From Candidatus Poribacteria bacterium (GTDB lineage: Bacteria > Poribacteria > WGA-4E > WGA-3G), in the NCBI GenBank assembly GCA_965198235.1, contig OZ240248.1:4032001-4096000 (forward strand): DNA of 64,000 bases, in the 5' to 3' direction. The position numbers were made by a program, and so were the translations under genes. Under the pieces are notes generated by a model. The model worked only from the letters and a program-made list of their open reading frames with translations. It did no database searches and was not told the origin of the DNA. Below are positions 49,680 to 59,042 of the stretch, in pieces (the first letter of the stretch is position 1; the number at the start of each line of letters is the position of its first letter).

Positions 49680-49969
49680 ATTTCAATAGATTTGTTAATT
49701 GAAATCCACTAACCCAACATAATCACAGTTATGCGGTCACAAGACTGCATGTATTGGATATGAACAATCGGAATGATTGAACATTTCGTTTTACTTTTGT
49801 CCGATGCTATAGACATGTTGCTCCGCTGGAGCAAAAGTATACGTTTTGGATGTTGTATTATATCTCACTTTCGTTCAATCGAACCTACACGATGAACCAA
49901 TTTCTTATATCGAACTCACGTTAAAATAACAAAAACAGATAGAGGAAACTCTATTCTGGAGGAATATAA

Positions 49970-52126
49970 ATGAAAACGTTTTTTGTACTGGCAGGTATTG
50001 CTATTGTGGTGCTCTGTCAATTGAGCTGCTCTCCCGATGAAGAACAGACACAACTTGAAAATCCCGTGGCAGGAGACCTAATAACCGGGTTCAGTGCCGC
50101 ACCGCTCTTAGGCGATGTTGTTTTAGAAAACATGTATGAAGATGAAGCGCGGAAACTAACAGATAAAACACCCGTTCAAATCGTTACAGTGCTTGAGGGA
50201 ACGAGCAGAGTCGTGCTTCAGGCTCGGTTCCGGGGCGTTCGGGATTTCGGTTTCGGATTTCCGCTTTACGAGTGCGAACTGATGGACGAATCGGCTGAGG
50301 CTATGGGCGGCATCGCACAAGGGATGTCAGGGAGCCCTGTTGGTCCTCCGGGACGTATCATGGGCGCGCTTGCCTACGGTGACGGCTTCTCAACAGCACC
50401 GACCCGGTTCTGGGTTACATCTATTGATGCGATGGAGGCTGCAATCGATCACCAAACGTTTGGTGAACTCCTTGCGCAAGAGGCTGCCCCTGCTGCCCCC
50501 GCTGCCGGGATCAATGCGACTTACACGCCCGTTAAAACACCTGTGATGATTACCGGAATACAATCACACAGAATTCAAGAACTTTCTTCGTATCTGGCTA
50601 ACTCACGATACAATTTCGTTGAACTCTTTGCTGACATCGGTGGCGCGCCTGGTGCACCTCCGGTAGGGGCTTCACCGACACTCGCACCGGGGGATATGAT
50701 TGGTGCTGCTATAGCAACAGGCGACATCGCCAACGCAATAGGTCTTGGAACCGTCACACAAGTTTATGATAATAAATTTGTAGCGTTCGGGCATCCAATG
50801 TTTGGCAATGGGAAGTCCGCATTACCGGTATATAGAGCCGTTGTCAATGGTATCGTTCCGAACCTTATGATATCCTATAAATCTGCCTCCGCTTACGGTA
50901 ATCCAATCGGGACGATAACAAAAGACCTCACACCAGCGATCGTTGGTGAACTTGGTGCGCCGCCACCAATGATTCCTGTCAAGACCTCTTACCATCCGGC
51001 TAACAGTCCAACAGCGATAGAAAAACACCATCGCGTGGCGTATGGGCAAGAGTGGTATATTCCGCTTGTTGCTGCGATCACTATGGATGCCCTTCGGATG
51101 GAATTAAGCAATGCTACAGTGGACGGCACTGTTACACTCCAGTTTCAGGAAACCGATACCGTCTATACTGAACCATTCAGGAGTGCTTCTCCGGTCCCAT
51201 TCCTGGATGTACTGATAAACGTCGATCGGATTGTTCAGTCTTTTAGCAATACGCTTACAAACAGCGCAGGAAAAGCGACATTGAAAGCGGTATCCATCTC
51301 TATCACAGACAAACCGCAAATCACGAAAGCGGAGGTCGCAGAAGTTATTGCGCCTGAAGAGATTCTACCGGGTGAGAGTGTTACTGTCTCAGTCGTTCTT
51401 GTTCCGCACTGGAGCACCGCTGGAGACGAACGGACGATTCAGCGAGAGGTCACCCTTGAGGTACCTGAAGATTTCCCTGCCGGTGAAGCAAACATCAACG
51501 TTTCTGGAAGTGCGTTAGACTTTTTCTTCCCGGGGGAACTTGGACCACCGCCTGGTGCCATCTTAGATTTCGGATTTGGCGGATTCGGTGACGAAGAGGA
51601 GAGACCCGTACCCAAAAACCTCGACGAACTCATCAAACAGATGGAAGAGGATCAGGTGGATCCGGGTTTAATCACGGTAACTCTAACGCCATCCGGTCCT
51701 GGCGGTGGTTTCCCACCACTACCACCAGGTCTGTTACCACCAGAGGGTCTCTTACCTCCCGAAGGGATTTTACCACCAGAGGATGGTGAAATGCCAGAAG
51801 ACGGTGAGGAGGATGATAATGGTGATGACGAAATGCCAGAAGACGGTGAAGAGGATGATAATGGCGATGACGACGGAGGGGACGACGGTGAAATACCAGG
51901 AGACTTCCCATTGCCCGAAGGTTTCCCACCGTTAGACGGACTTCCGTTTCCAGAAGACATTGGACCACCACCGACTGTTGAGGCAGAACTCACTATCGAT
52001 GGTTTTATTGTAACGGGTTCCAGAGATACAACAGTTACGATAAAAGGCGAAGACATGGGTGATGGCATGATGCCAGCAGAAGCGGAACAACCCATGGAAC
52101 CTGCGGAACCCGTAGAAGAGGAATAA
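49970..52126 (+). CDS. SpoIVB/peptidase S55-domain lipoprotein with a Pro/Asp/Glu-rich tail
   Basis: Lipobox-like LSC, GIAQGMSGSPV, AFGHPMF, low-complexity C-terminus; GGAGG RBS. Confidence 0.8.
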   Translation: MKTFFVLAGIAIVVLCQLSCSPDEEQTQLENPVAGDLITGFSAAPLLGDVVLENMYEDEARKLTDKTPVQIVTVLEGTSRVVLQARFRGVRDFGFGFPLYECELMDESAEAMGGIAQGMSGSPVGPPGRIMGALAYGDGFSTAPTRFWVTSIDAMEAAIDHQTFGELLAQEAAPAAPAAGINATYTPVKTPVMITGIQSHRIQELSSYLANSRYNFVELFADIGGAPGAPPVGASPTLAPGDMIGAAIATGDIANAIGLGTVTQVYDNKFVAFGHPMFGNGKSALPVYRAVVNGIVPNLMISYKSASAYGNPIGTITKDLTPAIVGELGAPPPMIPVKTSYHPANSPTAIEKHHRVAYGQEWYIPLVAAITMDALRMELSNATVDGTVTLQFQETDTVYTEPFRSASPVPFLDVLINVDRIVQSFSNTLTNSAGKATLKAVSISITDKPQITKAEVAEVIAPEEILPGESVTVSVVLVPHWSTAGDERTIQREVTLEVPEDFPAGEANINVSGSALDFFFPGELGPPPGAILDFGFGGFGDEEERPVPKNLDELIKQMEEDQVDPGLITVTLTPSGPGGGFPPLPPGLLPPEGLLPPEGILPPEDGEMPEDGEEDDNGDDEMPEDGEEDDNGDDDGGDDGEIPGDFPLPEGFPPLDGLPFPEDIGPPPTVEAELTIDGFIVTGSRDTTVTIKGEDMGDGMMPAEAEQPMEPAEPVEEE
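51719..51871 (+). repeat. In-frame tandem repeats (18-bp LPPEG-type units; 42-bp EMPEDGEEDDNGDD x2)
   Basis: Seen in both the DNA and the protein. Confidence 0.85.
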
Positions 52127-52322
52127 TTCCGAAGTAAGCGCGATCCTCGATCGCCATACATACATTTTCTGGATAGGTTTCTGTACTTATCCAGAAAATC
52201 GTGTTGTCCTTGATGTCAAGTATAAATGAGGCATCCATGCAATATAATCTCTTAGAAATGGTATAAGCACACAACCGGAAGGGGTCGTTTATGTGTTCAC
52301 GTGCTATGTGCGACTACCCACT

Positions 52323-53441
52323 TTAACATGGAACAGGTTTTCGTTGTACATAGCACCGCACAATGTCAATAATGAGTGCGATATCGTTCCGCGCAGATTC
52401 CAGCGCCGTATAACACGGCTCACCTTCTGTGATACACGCATGGAAATGACGTAACTCCTGTACAAACGCGCTCTCCCATTCGACAGCCGGTGTCTTGCTA
52501 TAGGTCGTGCCATCGGGATCTATCCCGTGTATCGTTACCTCTGACAGGATACCTCGTGAAAAACCGGTCGGATAGGATACGATCACGCGTTTGGTATCGC
52601 TGTAGATTTCCAGCGTCTCTTTAAAGTCCCAGAGATCTGGTAAGTCAACCCATGTCGCGACGCAGCGTGCGCCATTCGGATAGCCAAACACGATCGTCAC
52701 ACCGCGCCCATCAGCCCAGACTTCCGCGCTAACTACCTCGCTTGGTGAACCGAGCATTACCCTCAAGCTGTAGATGTCGTGAATCATGCTACCGGCAAGC
52801 AAGTAGAACACTCGTGCTGCCTTGCTTTGGACATCGCTTTCAAATCCCGTTTGTGATAACAGATCTCCGATGGCTTCTGCCTGTGCTTTCTCACGCGCGA
52901 CACCAGCAGGCTCAAATGCGTCCGATGGAACATCGTCGAACCGTTCGACATCAAATTGGCTCAAGTGTAAGCTATTATTCGGATGGAGATGGTTAATCTG
53001 AACGAAGCGGTAACTTTCCATTGCATCCACTTCACGTTTGGCGAGTTGGAAAGCTGGATCATGCACCTTCATATATCCGGCTTGCGCAACGGTGCCTGCC
53101 TCGCGCTGTGCAGCGAGCATCGCATCCATCTCTTGAAGTGAAAAGCAGACGGGTTTTTCAATAAAAACATGCTTTCCCGCCTTAAATGCAGCGAGTGCGA
53201 CTTCCGTCTTTGGGTCGCCATGGCAAAGCAAAACAGCATCCACATCTGTGCTTAGCAACTCATTGTAATCTGTCACATATTGCGGAACATGGAACCGCTT
53301 TGTGACGGCTTGCGCTGCACCCCGCGAAAGATCACAAACGATAGATACCTCAAATTCTCGATGAAGTGCGGTAAGATTGGGGAGATGATGTACTTGTGCG
53401 ATTGCACCACATCCGATAACACCTATCCGTATACGACTCAT
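52323..53441 (-). CDS. Gfo/Idh/MocA oxidoreductase
   Basis: GVIGCGAIA, AGKHVFIEKP, GYMK, SMIHD. Confidence 0.9.
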   Translation of the reverse strand: MSRIRIGVIGCGAIAQVHHLPNLTALHREFEVSIVCDLSRGAAQAVTKRFHVPQYVTDYNELLSTDVDAVLLCHGDPKTEVALAAFKAGKHVFIEKPVCFSLQEMDAMLAAQREAGTVAQAGYMKVHDPAFQLAKREVDAMESYRFVQINHLHPNNSLHLSQFDVERFDDVPSDAFEPAGVAREKAQAEAIGDLLSQTGFESDVQSKAARVFYLLAGSMIHDIYSLRVMLGSPSEVVSAEVWADGRGVTIVFGYPNGARCVATWVDLPDLWDFKETLEIYSDTKRVIVSYPTGFSRGILSEVTIHGIDPDGTTYSKTPAVEWESAFVQELRHFHACITEGEPCYTALESARNDIALIIDIVRCYVQRKPVPC

Positions 53442-53509
53442 ATCTTTTACCTCCAACAGATAATGCTTTCTATATACGTTTATCGTATCATATACACGAA
53501 ATAGATGCA

Positions 53510-53764
53510 ATGTGTAGTCTTTATGATATAGAGGAGTTATGTCCACGCTTGAGTTCAAAGCACGTCGTCATCCTTGATAATGCGCGTCTTCACAAGACAC
53601 CTCAGACGCGAGAGTTGATAGAAGGTTCAGGGGCGACGTTGATGTTTCTGCCACCGTATTCTCCGGATTACAATCCTATTGAACATGATTTTGCCAACTT
53701 TAAGCGATACCGAGAATATCACCCCGAAAAGTCCCTTGAGAATATTATTCAAATGTCTACTTAA
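53510..53764 (+). mobile_element. IS630-family transposase C-terminal remnant
   Basis: VILDNARLHK and FLPPYSPDYNPIE motifs; N-terminal part absent. Confidence 0.85.
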
Positions 53765-53898
53765 TTCTCAAATCTACCATAAATGACCCTACTGACGACT
53801 GATAACCCCTTGACAAAAAAGCGAATTTCGTTAAAATAAAAAAAATTGTTATTTCACTACATCAATTTGCTCATGCACAGCATGCGAAAGGAAAACTC

Positions 53899-54525
53899 AT
53901 GACACAAACTCCTCCAGAATCCGCAGTCATCCTCTTTGACGGCACAGACCTCAGCAACTGGACAAGTTTAGATGGCAGCGAACCCAGTTGGCAAGTCGAA
54001 GGCGACGCAATGCTCGTCGTCCCACGCTCCGGCGATGTAATAAGCAAGGAAACCTTCACGGATCACTTCGTTCATGTCGAATTCAGGTGCCCCGATATGC
54101 CCGAAGCGACCGGACAGGCAAAAGGCAACAGCGGTGTCTTCCTCCAAGGCAGATATGAAGTCCAAGTCTTAGATTCCTACGGCATCGAAGTCCCTGGGAT
54201 GGGCGATTGCGGCGCAATTTACAACCAGTTCGCGCCTCTCGTCAACGCCTGCAAGCCACCCCTCGAATGGCAGACCTACGATGTCATCTTCCGGGCACCC
54301 CGTTTCAACGACGCAGGTGAGAATGTCGAAGGTCCCCGCATAACCGTTATTCAGAACGGTTTGGTAATCATCAACAACGCGCAGATGGCTGGCACAACAG
54401 GTGGAAGCACCGATCCAGAAGCCGCTACACCGGGGCCACTCCGTCTGCAGGATCACGGCAATGACGTTAGGTACCGGAACATCTGGGCAGTGCCACTCCC
54501 ACTTGAAGGTTCGGACCAGTACTAA
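53899..54525 (+). CDS. DUF1080 (3-keto-disaccharide hydrolase-like) protein
   Basis: LFDGTDLSNW, GNSGVFLQGRYEVQVLDS, WQTYD, LQDHGNDVRYRNIW. Confidence 0.9.
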   Translation: MTQTPPESAVILFDGTDLSNWTSLDGSEPSWQVEGDAMLVVPRSGDVISKETFTDHFVHVEFRCPDMPEATGQAKGNSGVFLQGRYEVQVLDSYGIEVPGMGDCGAIYNQFAPLVNACKPPLEWQTYDVIFRAPRFNDAGENVEGPRITVIQNGLVIINNAQMAGTTGGSTDPEAATPGPLRLQDHGNDVRYRNIWAVPLPLEGSDQY

Positions 54526-54539
54526 ATCGCATTTCGATA

Positions 54540-54750
54540 GGAACTTTCGGTTTCCAGTCGTCAGTGTATTAACCATCAACCGTCAGAGCAGTAATGCGTT
54601 AAGGAACTTCGATTCCCGACTCTTAACTTATTCCCCCCTGATAAGGGGGGTTAGGGGGGTTACTGATAACTGACAACTCTGTAGGAGGGAACTCCGATTC
54701 CCGACTCTTGCTGACCGCTGATGGCTGACTGCTGACCGCTAACTGATAGA
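54540..54750. repeat. Mosaic repeat cluster
   Basis: CCCCCCTGATAAGGGGGG hairpin (reverse-related copy near 22405), GTAGGAGGGA REP, heptamer TGACCGC/TGATGGC array. Confidence 0.7.
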
Positions 54751-54760
54751 GAGGAACTTT

Positions 54761-55708
54761 ATGGCAAATCAAGATCTTCCCACAATTCCGAGGCGACGAC
54801 TCGGAAGAACGGAACTGAGCATCCCCGTTATTCCGTTCGGCACGCAAGGGTTTGGAAACAACTTCGGCTTCGTCTCAGATGAAGAGGCTGTGGATCTCGT
54901 TAAACACGCCGTGTCTATCGGTGTGAACCACTTCGATTGTGCACGCTGTTATGGGGATTCAATGCGGAAACTCGGTTTGGCGTTGAAGGAAATCCCGCGC
55001 GAGGATGTTATCGTCACCGCAAGGCTCTGTTGCCATTCCGCATCAGATTGGGGTGGCTACGGAGAAGGCAGACCCAACTATTCCGCCGAACGCGCAATCG
55101 CCGACCTCGAAGACCAGCTCGAACTCCTCGGCATAGACTACCTCGACGGTATGCTCATCCACGACCCAGGCGAGATTGATCCTACGCTCGAAAAGGGCGG
55201 CACGCTTGACGGTTTGCTCCAGTGTAAAGCGCGCGGACTCGTACGCCACCTCGGATACGGGATGCGTCCCCACGATTTCCATCTCAAGGCGATGGCAACA
55301 GGTGATATAGACCTTATCCTCTGCTTCAACGACTACAATCTCGTTCGGCAGACCGCCGCTGACGACATCCTTCCCGCCGCCGCTGAAGCCGATATCGGAG
55401 TCATGAACGGCTGGTCGATCCTACGCGGTATCCTCACAGGTGTCGATATTGACGCTGAAATCGAGAGGGGACGTTGGCGTAACGACGGCGATGTGCCACG
55501 TGCCAGAGAAATTTGGAAGTGGTGTCTCGAAGAGGACATCAGTCTGTTGCAACTCGCGCTTCAGTTCTGTCTCCGAGAAGAACGGATTCACGGCAACAAC
55601 ATCGGGAATCTCAACGTTGAGCAACTTGAGGCAAACCTCCGAGCCGCCAGTACCCCGCTACCCGATGAGGTATGGGAGAAATACGAGGCACGCTTCGGAT
55701 CAAATTAG
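54761..55708 (+). CDS. Aldo/keto reductase
   Basis: RRRLGRT, GVNHFDCARCYG, LELLGIDYLD, IHDP. Confidence 0.9.
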   Translation: MANQDLPTIPRRRLGRTELSIPVIPFGTQGFGNNFGFVSDEEAVDLVKHAVSIGVNHFDCARCYGDSMRKLGLALKEIPREDVIVTARLCCHSASDWGGYGEGRPNYSAERAIADLEDQLELLGIDYLDGMLIHDPGEIDPTLEKGGTLDGLLQCKARGLVRHLGYGMRPHDFHLKAMATGDIDLILCFNDYNLVRQTAADDILPAAAEADIGVMNGWSILRGILTGVDIDAEIERGRWRNDGDVPRAREIWKWCLEEDISLLQLALQFCLREERIHGNNIGNLNVEQLEANLRAASTPLPDEVWEKYEARFGSN

Positions 55709-55796
55709 CCATCAGGAATCGGCTGTCAGCAGTCGGCTATCAGCAGTCAGTAAGAGGATTCTGATGGCTGATAGCCAATTCGCTGACCGCTGATGG

Positions 55797-56882
55797 CTAT
55801 TCCCCAATTAACTTCCCCAAAAACTTATGCGTCACACGCGGAAGCGGATAATCCTGCAGTGCCGCAACCGCGACCCACTTCGCATCCCGCGGACCCTTCA
55901 GAACCACCTCACCCGCCTGATAATCGCACTGAAACACATCCACAACAACCTTGAAATGGGTGTAGGCGTGCCTGACACGCGTGAGGGACCGCACATTGGT
56001 AACAGAGAGGTTGACGACATCGGTGATGTGCCGAACACAAGCCGCCTCGGCGGTTTCACCCTCGGTAAGCTGCCCACCCGGAAACTCCCAGAGTCCACCG
56101 AGCAGACCGTCCAGTTGCCGCTGCGTGAGTAAAACCTCGTTGTCCCTATAGATAACCCCAACAGCGAGATGGTGTTCCGGGACAGGTTTCGTCTCACGTC
56201 GATACGGAAACTCGTCTTGCCGTGCCGTGTGGAACGCCTCACAAAACGAATTCACAGGACAAACGAGACAAATCGGCGATTGCGGACGACACACAGTCGC
56301 TCCTAACTCCATCATCGCCTGATTGAAAAATCCCGGTGCATTCGGATCCAAAAGTTCATCCGCTTTCTGCTGAAACAGTTTGGCTGACTTGGCATCGTTA
56401 ATCGGTGCCTCCATCAGAAACAGGCGTGCCAGCACGCGTTTGATGTTCCCATCTACAGCCGCATACGGCGCATTAAAAGCGATACTTTGCACCGCCGCCG
56501 CGCTATAATCCCCGACACCCGGCAATTTCCGAAAGGTCCCATAATCCACCGGTATTTCCCCGTCCAGTTCATCCACAATGATCTGCGCTGCTTTGTGGAG
56601 ATTCCGCGCCCTCGCGTAATACCCCAAGCCTTCCCAGACCTTCAGCACATCCTGTAGCGGCGCGGCTGCCAAATGCTGCACATCTGGAAACCGTGCGATG
56701 AATCGCTCATAGTACCCCACAACCTTCTTGACCTGCGTCTGCTGGAGCATCACCTCAGAGACCCAAATCCGGTAGGGATCATCTGTGTGTCGCCACGGCA
56801 TATCGCGTTGATAAACTTTGAACCACGCCAACAACGCCCCTCGAAAATCTTGGTAGTGTTCAACTAACTTCATCTTCTGCAT
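55797..56882 (-). CDS. mutY: A/G-specific adenine glycosylase
   Basis: WVSEVMLQQTQV, WEGLGYYARARNL, LPGVG, VDGN, C-x6-C-x2-C-x5-C cluster, NUDIX-like C-terminus. Confidence 0.96.
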   Translation of the reverse strand: MQKMKLVEHYQDFRGALLAWFKVYQRDMPWRHTDDPYRIWVSEVMLQQTQVKKVVGYYERFIARFPDVQHLAAAPLQDVLKVWEGLGYYARARNLHKAAQIIVDELDGEIPVDYGTFRKLPGVGDYSAAAVQSIAFNAPYAAVDGNIKRVLARLFLMEAPINDAKSAKLFQQKADELLDPNAPGFFNQAMMELGATVCRPQSPICLVCPVNSFCEAFHTARQDEFPYRRETKPVPEHHLAVGVIYRDNEVLLTQRQLDGLLGGLWEFPGGQLTEGETAEAACVRHITDVVNLSVTNVRSLTRVRHAYTHFKVVVDVFQCDYQAGEVVLKGPRDAKWVAVAALQDYPLPRVTHKFLGKLIGE

Positions 56883-56904
56883 ATTGAAATCACAGTATTT
56901 TTGG

Positions 56905-57095
56905 ATACTGACTGCTGATGGCTAATCGCTGACCGCCATTCGCAGTAGGTCAGTTTCCTAACCGCACCGGATTACCCAAACCGCTTCACCCCCGCTGGCG
57001 AGGTTTCTAACCTCGCCCTCTTTGTAGGAGCGAGTTGCGCTCGCGATTTTCCTGTACAAGCTGCTTCGTTCGTAGTAGTGCGATTCATCGCACAT
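56905..57095. repeat. Mosaic repeat cluster
   Basis: Heptamers, AACCGCACC, GGCGAGGTTTCTAACCTCGCC (reverse copy at about 24239-24260), GTAGGAG REP, GTAGTAGTGCG REP. Confidence 0.7.
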
Positions 57096-57118
57096 TGTGA
57101 AGCGCAAGATTACCCAAC

Positions 57119-57838
57119 TTAAAGATCCGTGGCCACCCGAAAACCGACACTATGCAGTCCTCGGATCGGCTCATACGCCGCACGATTGGCAGAGCGCGCA
57201 GCGAACTCCCCACGCGCAATCCACGAACCGCCGCGAATCACCTTACGCCGCCCCTCACTCGCACCCAACGGATTCTCCGCTGGTGAGTACTTATACGTCT
57301 CGGCATGAAACCAGTCGTAGCACCAATCGTAAGCGTTGCCTGCCATGTCATAGCACCCGTAAGGACTCACACCCGATGGATAATTCCCAACAGGCATCAG
57401 CCGCTTATTCCCCGATTCCGATGTGTTCGCTCGACTCGCATCCCACGTATCTCCCCAAGGATACTCCCGAGCATCCGTGCCACGTGCCGCTTTCTCCCAC
57501 TCCGCCTCCGACGGCAAGCGATATTCCACGCCTTCAAATCCGCTGAGCCATCGCAAAAAATTCGTCGCATCGTGCCAACTCACCCCGACGATAGGAAAAT
57601 CGGGCGCGTTGAGATGCGCCTCGTTCCAGAACAGCGGTTGTGGGTTCCCTGTCTCCTCAACAAACTGCGCGTACTGCACATTCGTGACCTGATACGTCCC
57701 GATAGCGTAAGCATCGAGCAGAACACTCCGTTGCGGTTCCTCTGGATCCGTCTTCCGCAATCCAGTCGGAACCGTCCCCATCGTGAACTCACCAGCAGGG
57801 ATATGGATTAAAGGGTAATCAAGTGTATTGATGTGCAT
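57119..57838 (-). CDS. Formylglycine-generating enzyme (SUMF1) family protein, probably non-catalytic
   Basis: GEFTMG, RLPSEAEWEKAARG, DMAGN, RGGSW, GFRV; the FGE Cys pair is absent. Confidence 0.88.
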   Translation of the reverse strand: MHINTLDYPLIHIPAGEFTMGTVPTGLRKTDPEEPQRSVLLDAYAIGTYQVTNVQYAQFVEETGNPQPLFWNEAHLNAPDFPIVGVSWHDATNFLRWLSGFEGVEYRLPSEAEWEKAARGTDAREYPWGDTWDASRANTSESGNKRLMPVGNYPSGVSPYGCYDMAGNAYDWCYDWFHAETYKYSPAENPLGASEGRRKVIRGGSWIARGEFAARSANRAAYEPIRGLHSVGFRVATDL

Positions 57839-57960
57839 GGTAGGTGCGCAGATCCTCTGATAAAAAATTGCAGTAAACTTTCCACTTGCAGTATAACACA
57901 CCTTCTATCTCCAATGCAATCCTCCAACATTATTACATTACTTTCCCAATGACCCATAAT

Positions 57961-57989
57961 TTGACAACGCATCAAGAATATATTATACT
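57961..57989 (+). promoter_or_regulatory. Sigma-70-like promoter of the TA operon
   Basis: TTGACA-17 bp-TATACT. Confidence 0.65.
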
Positions 57990-57992
57990 TAA

Positions 57993-58114
57993 TAGGGCTT
58001 ACGCAGGCTGCTGTTTGTAGCATAACCTGTTAGGTTGTGCCAGGACCCCGTGTGCGCTTTGTGTCGGTTCGCCCTCTCAGAGAGCGTCATATGATCAAAA
58101 TTGCGTAAGTCCTG
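57993..58114. mobile_element. 122-bp MITE with 13-bp imperfect TIRs and a 5-bp target duplication
   Basis: TAGGGCTTACGCA ... TGCGTAAGTCCTG flanked on both sides by CTTAA. Confidence 0.8.
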
Positions 58115-58122
58115 CTTAAGAT

Positions 58123-58230
58123 ATGCAAATCATCGCCAGAGAGGTCCGAAACTATATCACATCAAACGGGCGGAATCCGTTCCGCGAGTGGTTGACACAA
58201 CTTCAAGATGAACATGGAAACTCTACTTAA
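58123..58230 (+). pseudogene. Truncated RelE-like addiction-module killer protein
   Basis: YITSNGRNPFREWLTQLQD is the typical N-terminus; the remainder is missing. Confidence 0.75.
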
Positions 58231-58534
58231 GCAAACGACCAGTTTTAGAGATGACCTTCTGAAAGACCTCGCAGACATGGAGTTCGCGATGTACTACTTG
58301 GAAGTTGCCCTATCAGACTATAAGGAAGATAGTAATACAGAAGCACTCTGGACAGCACTGTATGATGTTGTAGCGGCACAAGGCGGAATAGGAAAACTCG
58401 CTGAAAGGGCAAAGGTTAATCCTGAACATCTCAACGATATACTCGCCTCTAAACCGGACCCGCGCTTAGATAATCTGCAAAACATTCTTTCTAGACTCGG
58501 ATTTCAGATTCGCTTGGAATTCGCCGAAAGCTAA
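58208..58534 (+). CDS. Addiction-module antidote protein (HTH)
   Basis: YYLEVAL, ALYDVVAAQGGIGKLAE, PRLDNLQNILSRLG. Confidence 0.85.
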   Translation: MNMETLLKQTTSFRDDLLKDLADMEFAMYYLEVALSDYKEDSNTEALWTALYDVVAAQGGIGKLAERAKVNPEHLNDILASKPDPRLDNLQNILSRLGFQIRLEFAES

Positions 58535-58569
58535 CCGTGATACCCGTAACTCGCCCCGATCGTTCATTA

Positions 58570-59025
58570 CGAGATGAACCTCGACCTAAATATGATTTGA
58601 GAAACCTACATGTCAAAAAAATAGACCTGAACGCAAGCACTGTGGGAAGTCTGTTGTCTGTTTAGAACCCGACGTTGCTGAGGCATTTCCAGACGCTGCA
58701 TCTGTGAACGAGGTATTGAGATTTTTGATTCAAGCTACCAAAGAAAACAGTACGGCACCACCTCACATAGATGACGGCACTTAACATCCTGCATCAAATA
58801 ACCATCAGGACAAAACACTATTTCAGTCGTGGATAGAATATGGGAAAAAGTGCCAGCGGTGAGCGAAGAAGAAACACAAGCAGATATTGAACAGGCAATT
58901 GCTGAGGAACGCGCAGAGAAAGCAGGTAAAAGGAGTAAGTTGTCTCCCTGATGCGCGTTGTACTGGATACAAACCAGCATATTAGTGCGATTATTCAACC
59001 TCCGATGTCTAATAAATTACTTTAA
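58570..59025 (+). pseudogene. Degraded TA remnants: two antitoxin-like fragments and a truncated PIN toxin start
   Basis: EPDVAEAFPDAASVNEVLRFLI; VSEEETQADIEQAIAEER; MRVVLDTNQHISAII then a stop after 24 codons. Confidence 0.6.
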
Positions 59026-59042
59026 GGGAATTTACATCTCGA

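Noticed and set aside
51652-52161. Ser/Gly/Pro-rich minus-strand ORF
   Set aside because: Mirror of the low-complexity repeats in the S55 gene
53442-53558. N-terminal extension of the Gfo/Idh/MocA ORF
   Set aside because: Overlaps the IS630 remnant; a GGAGG RBS supports the start at 53441
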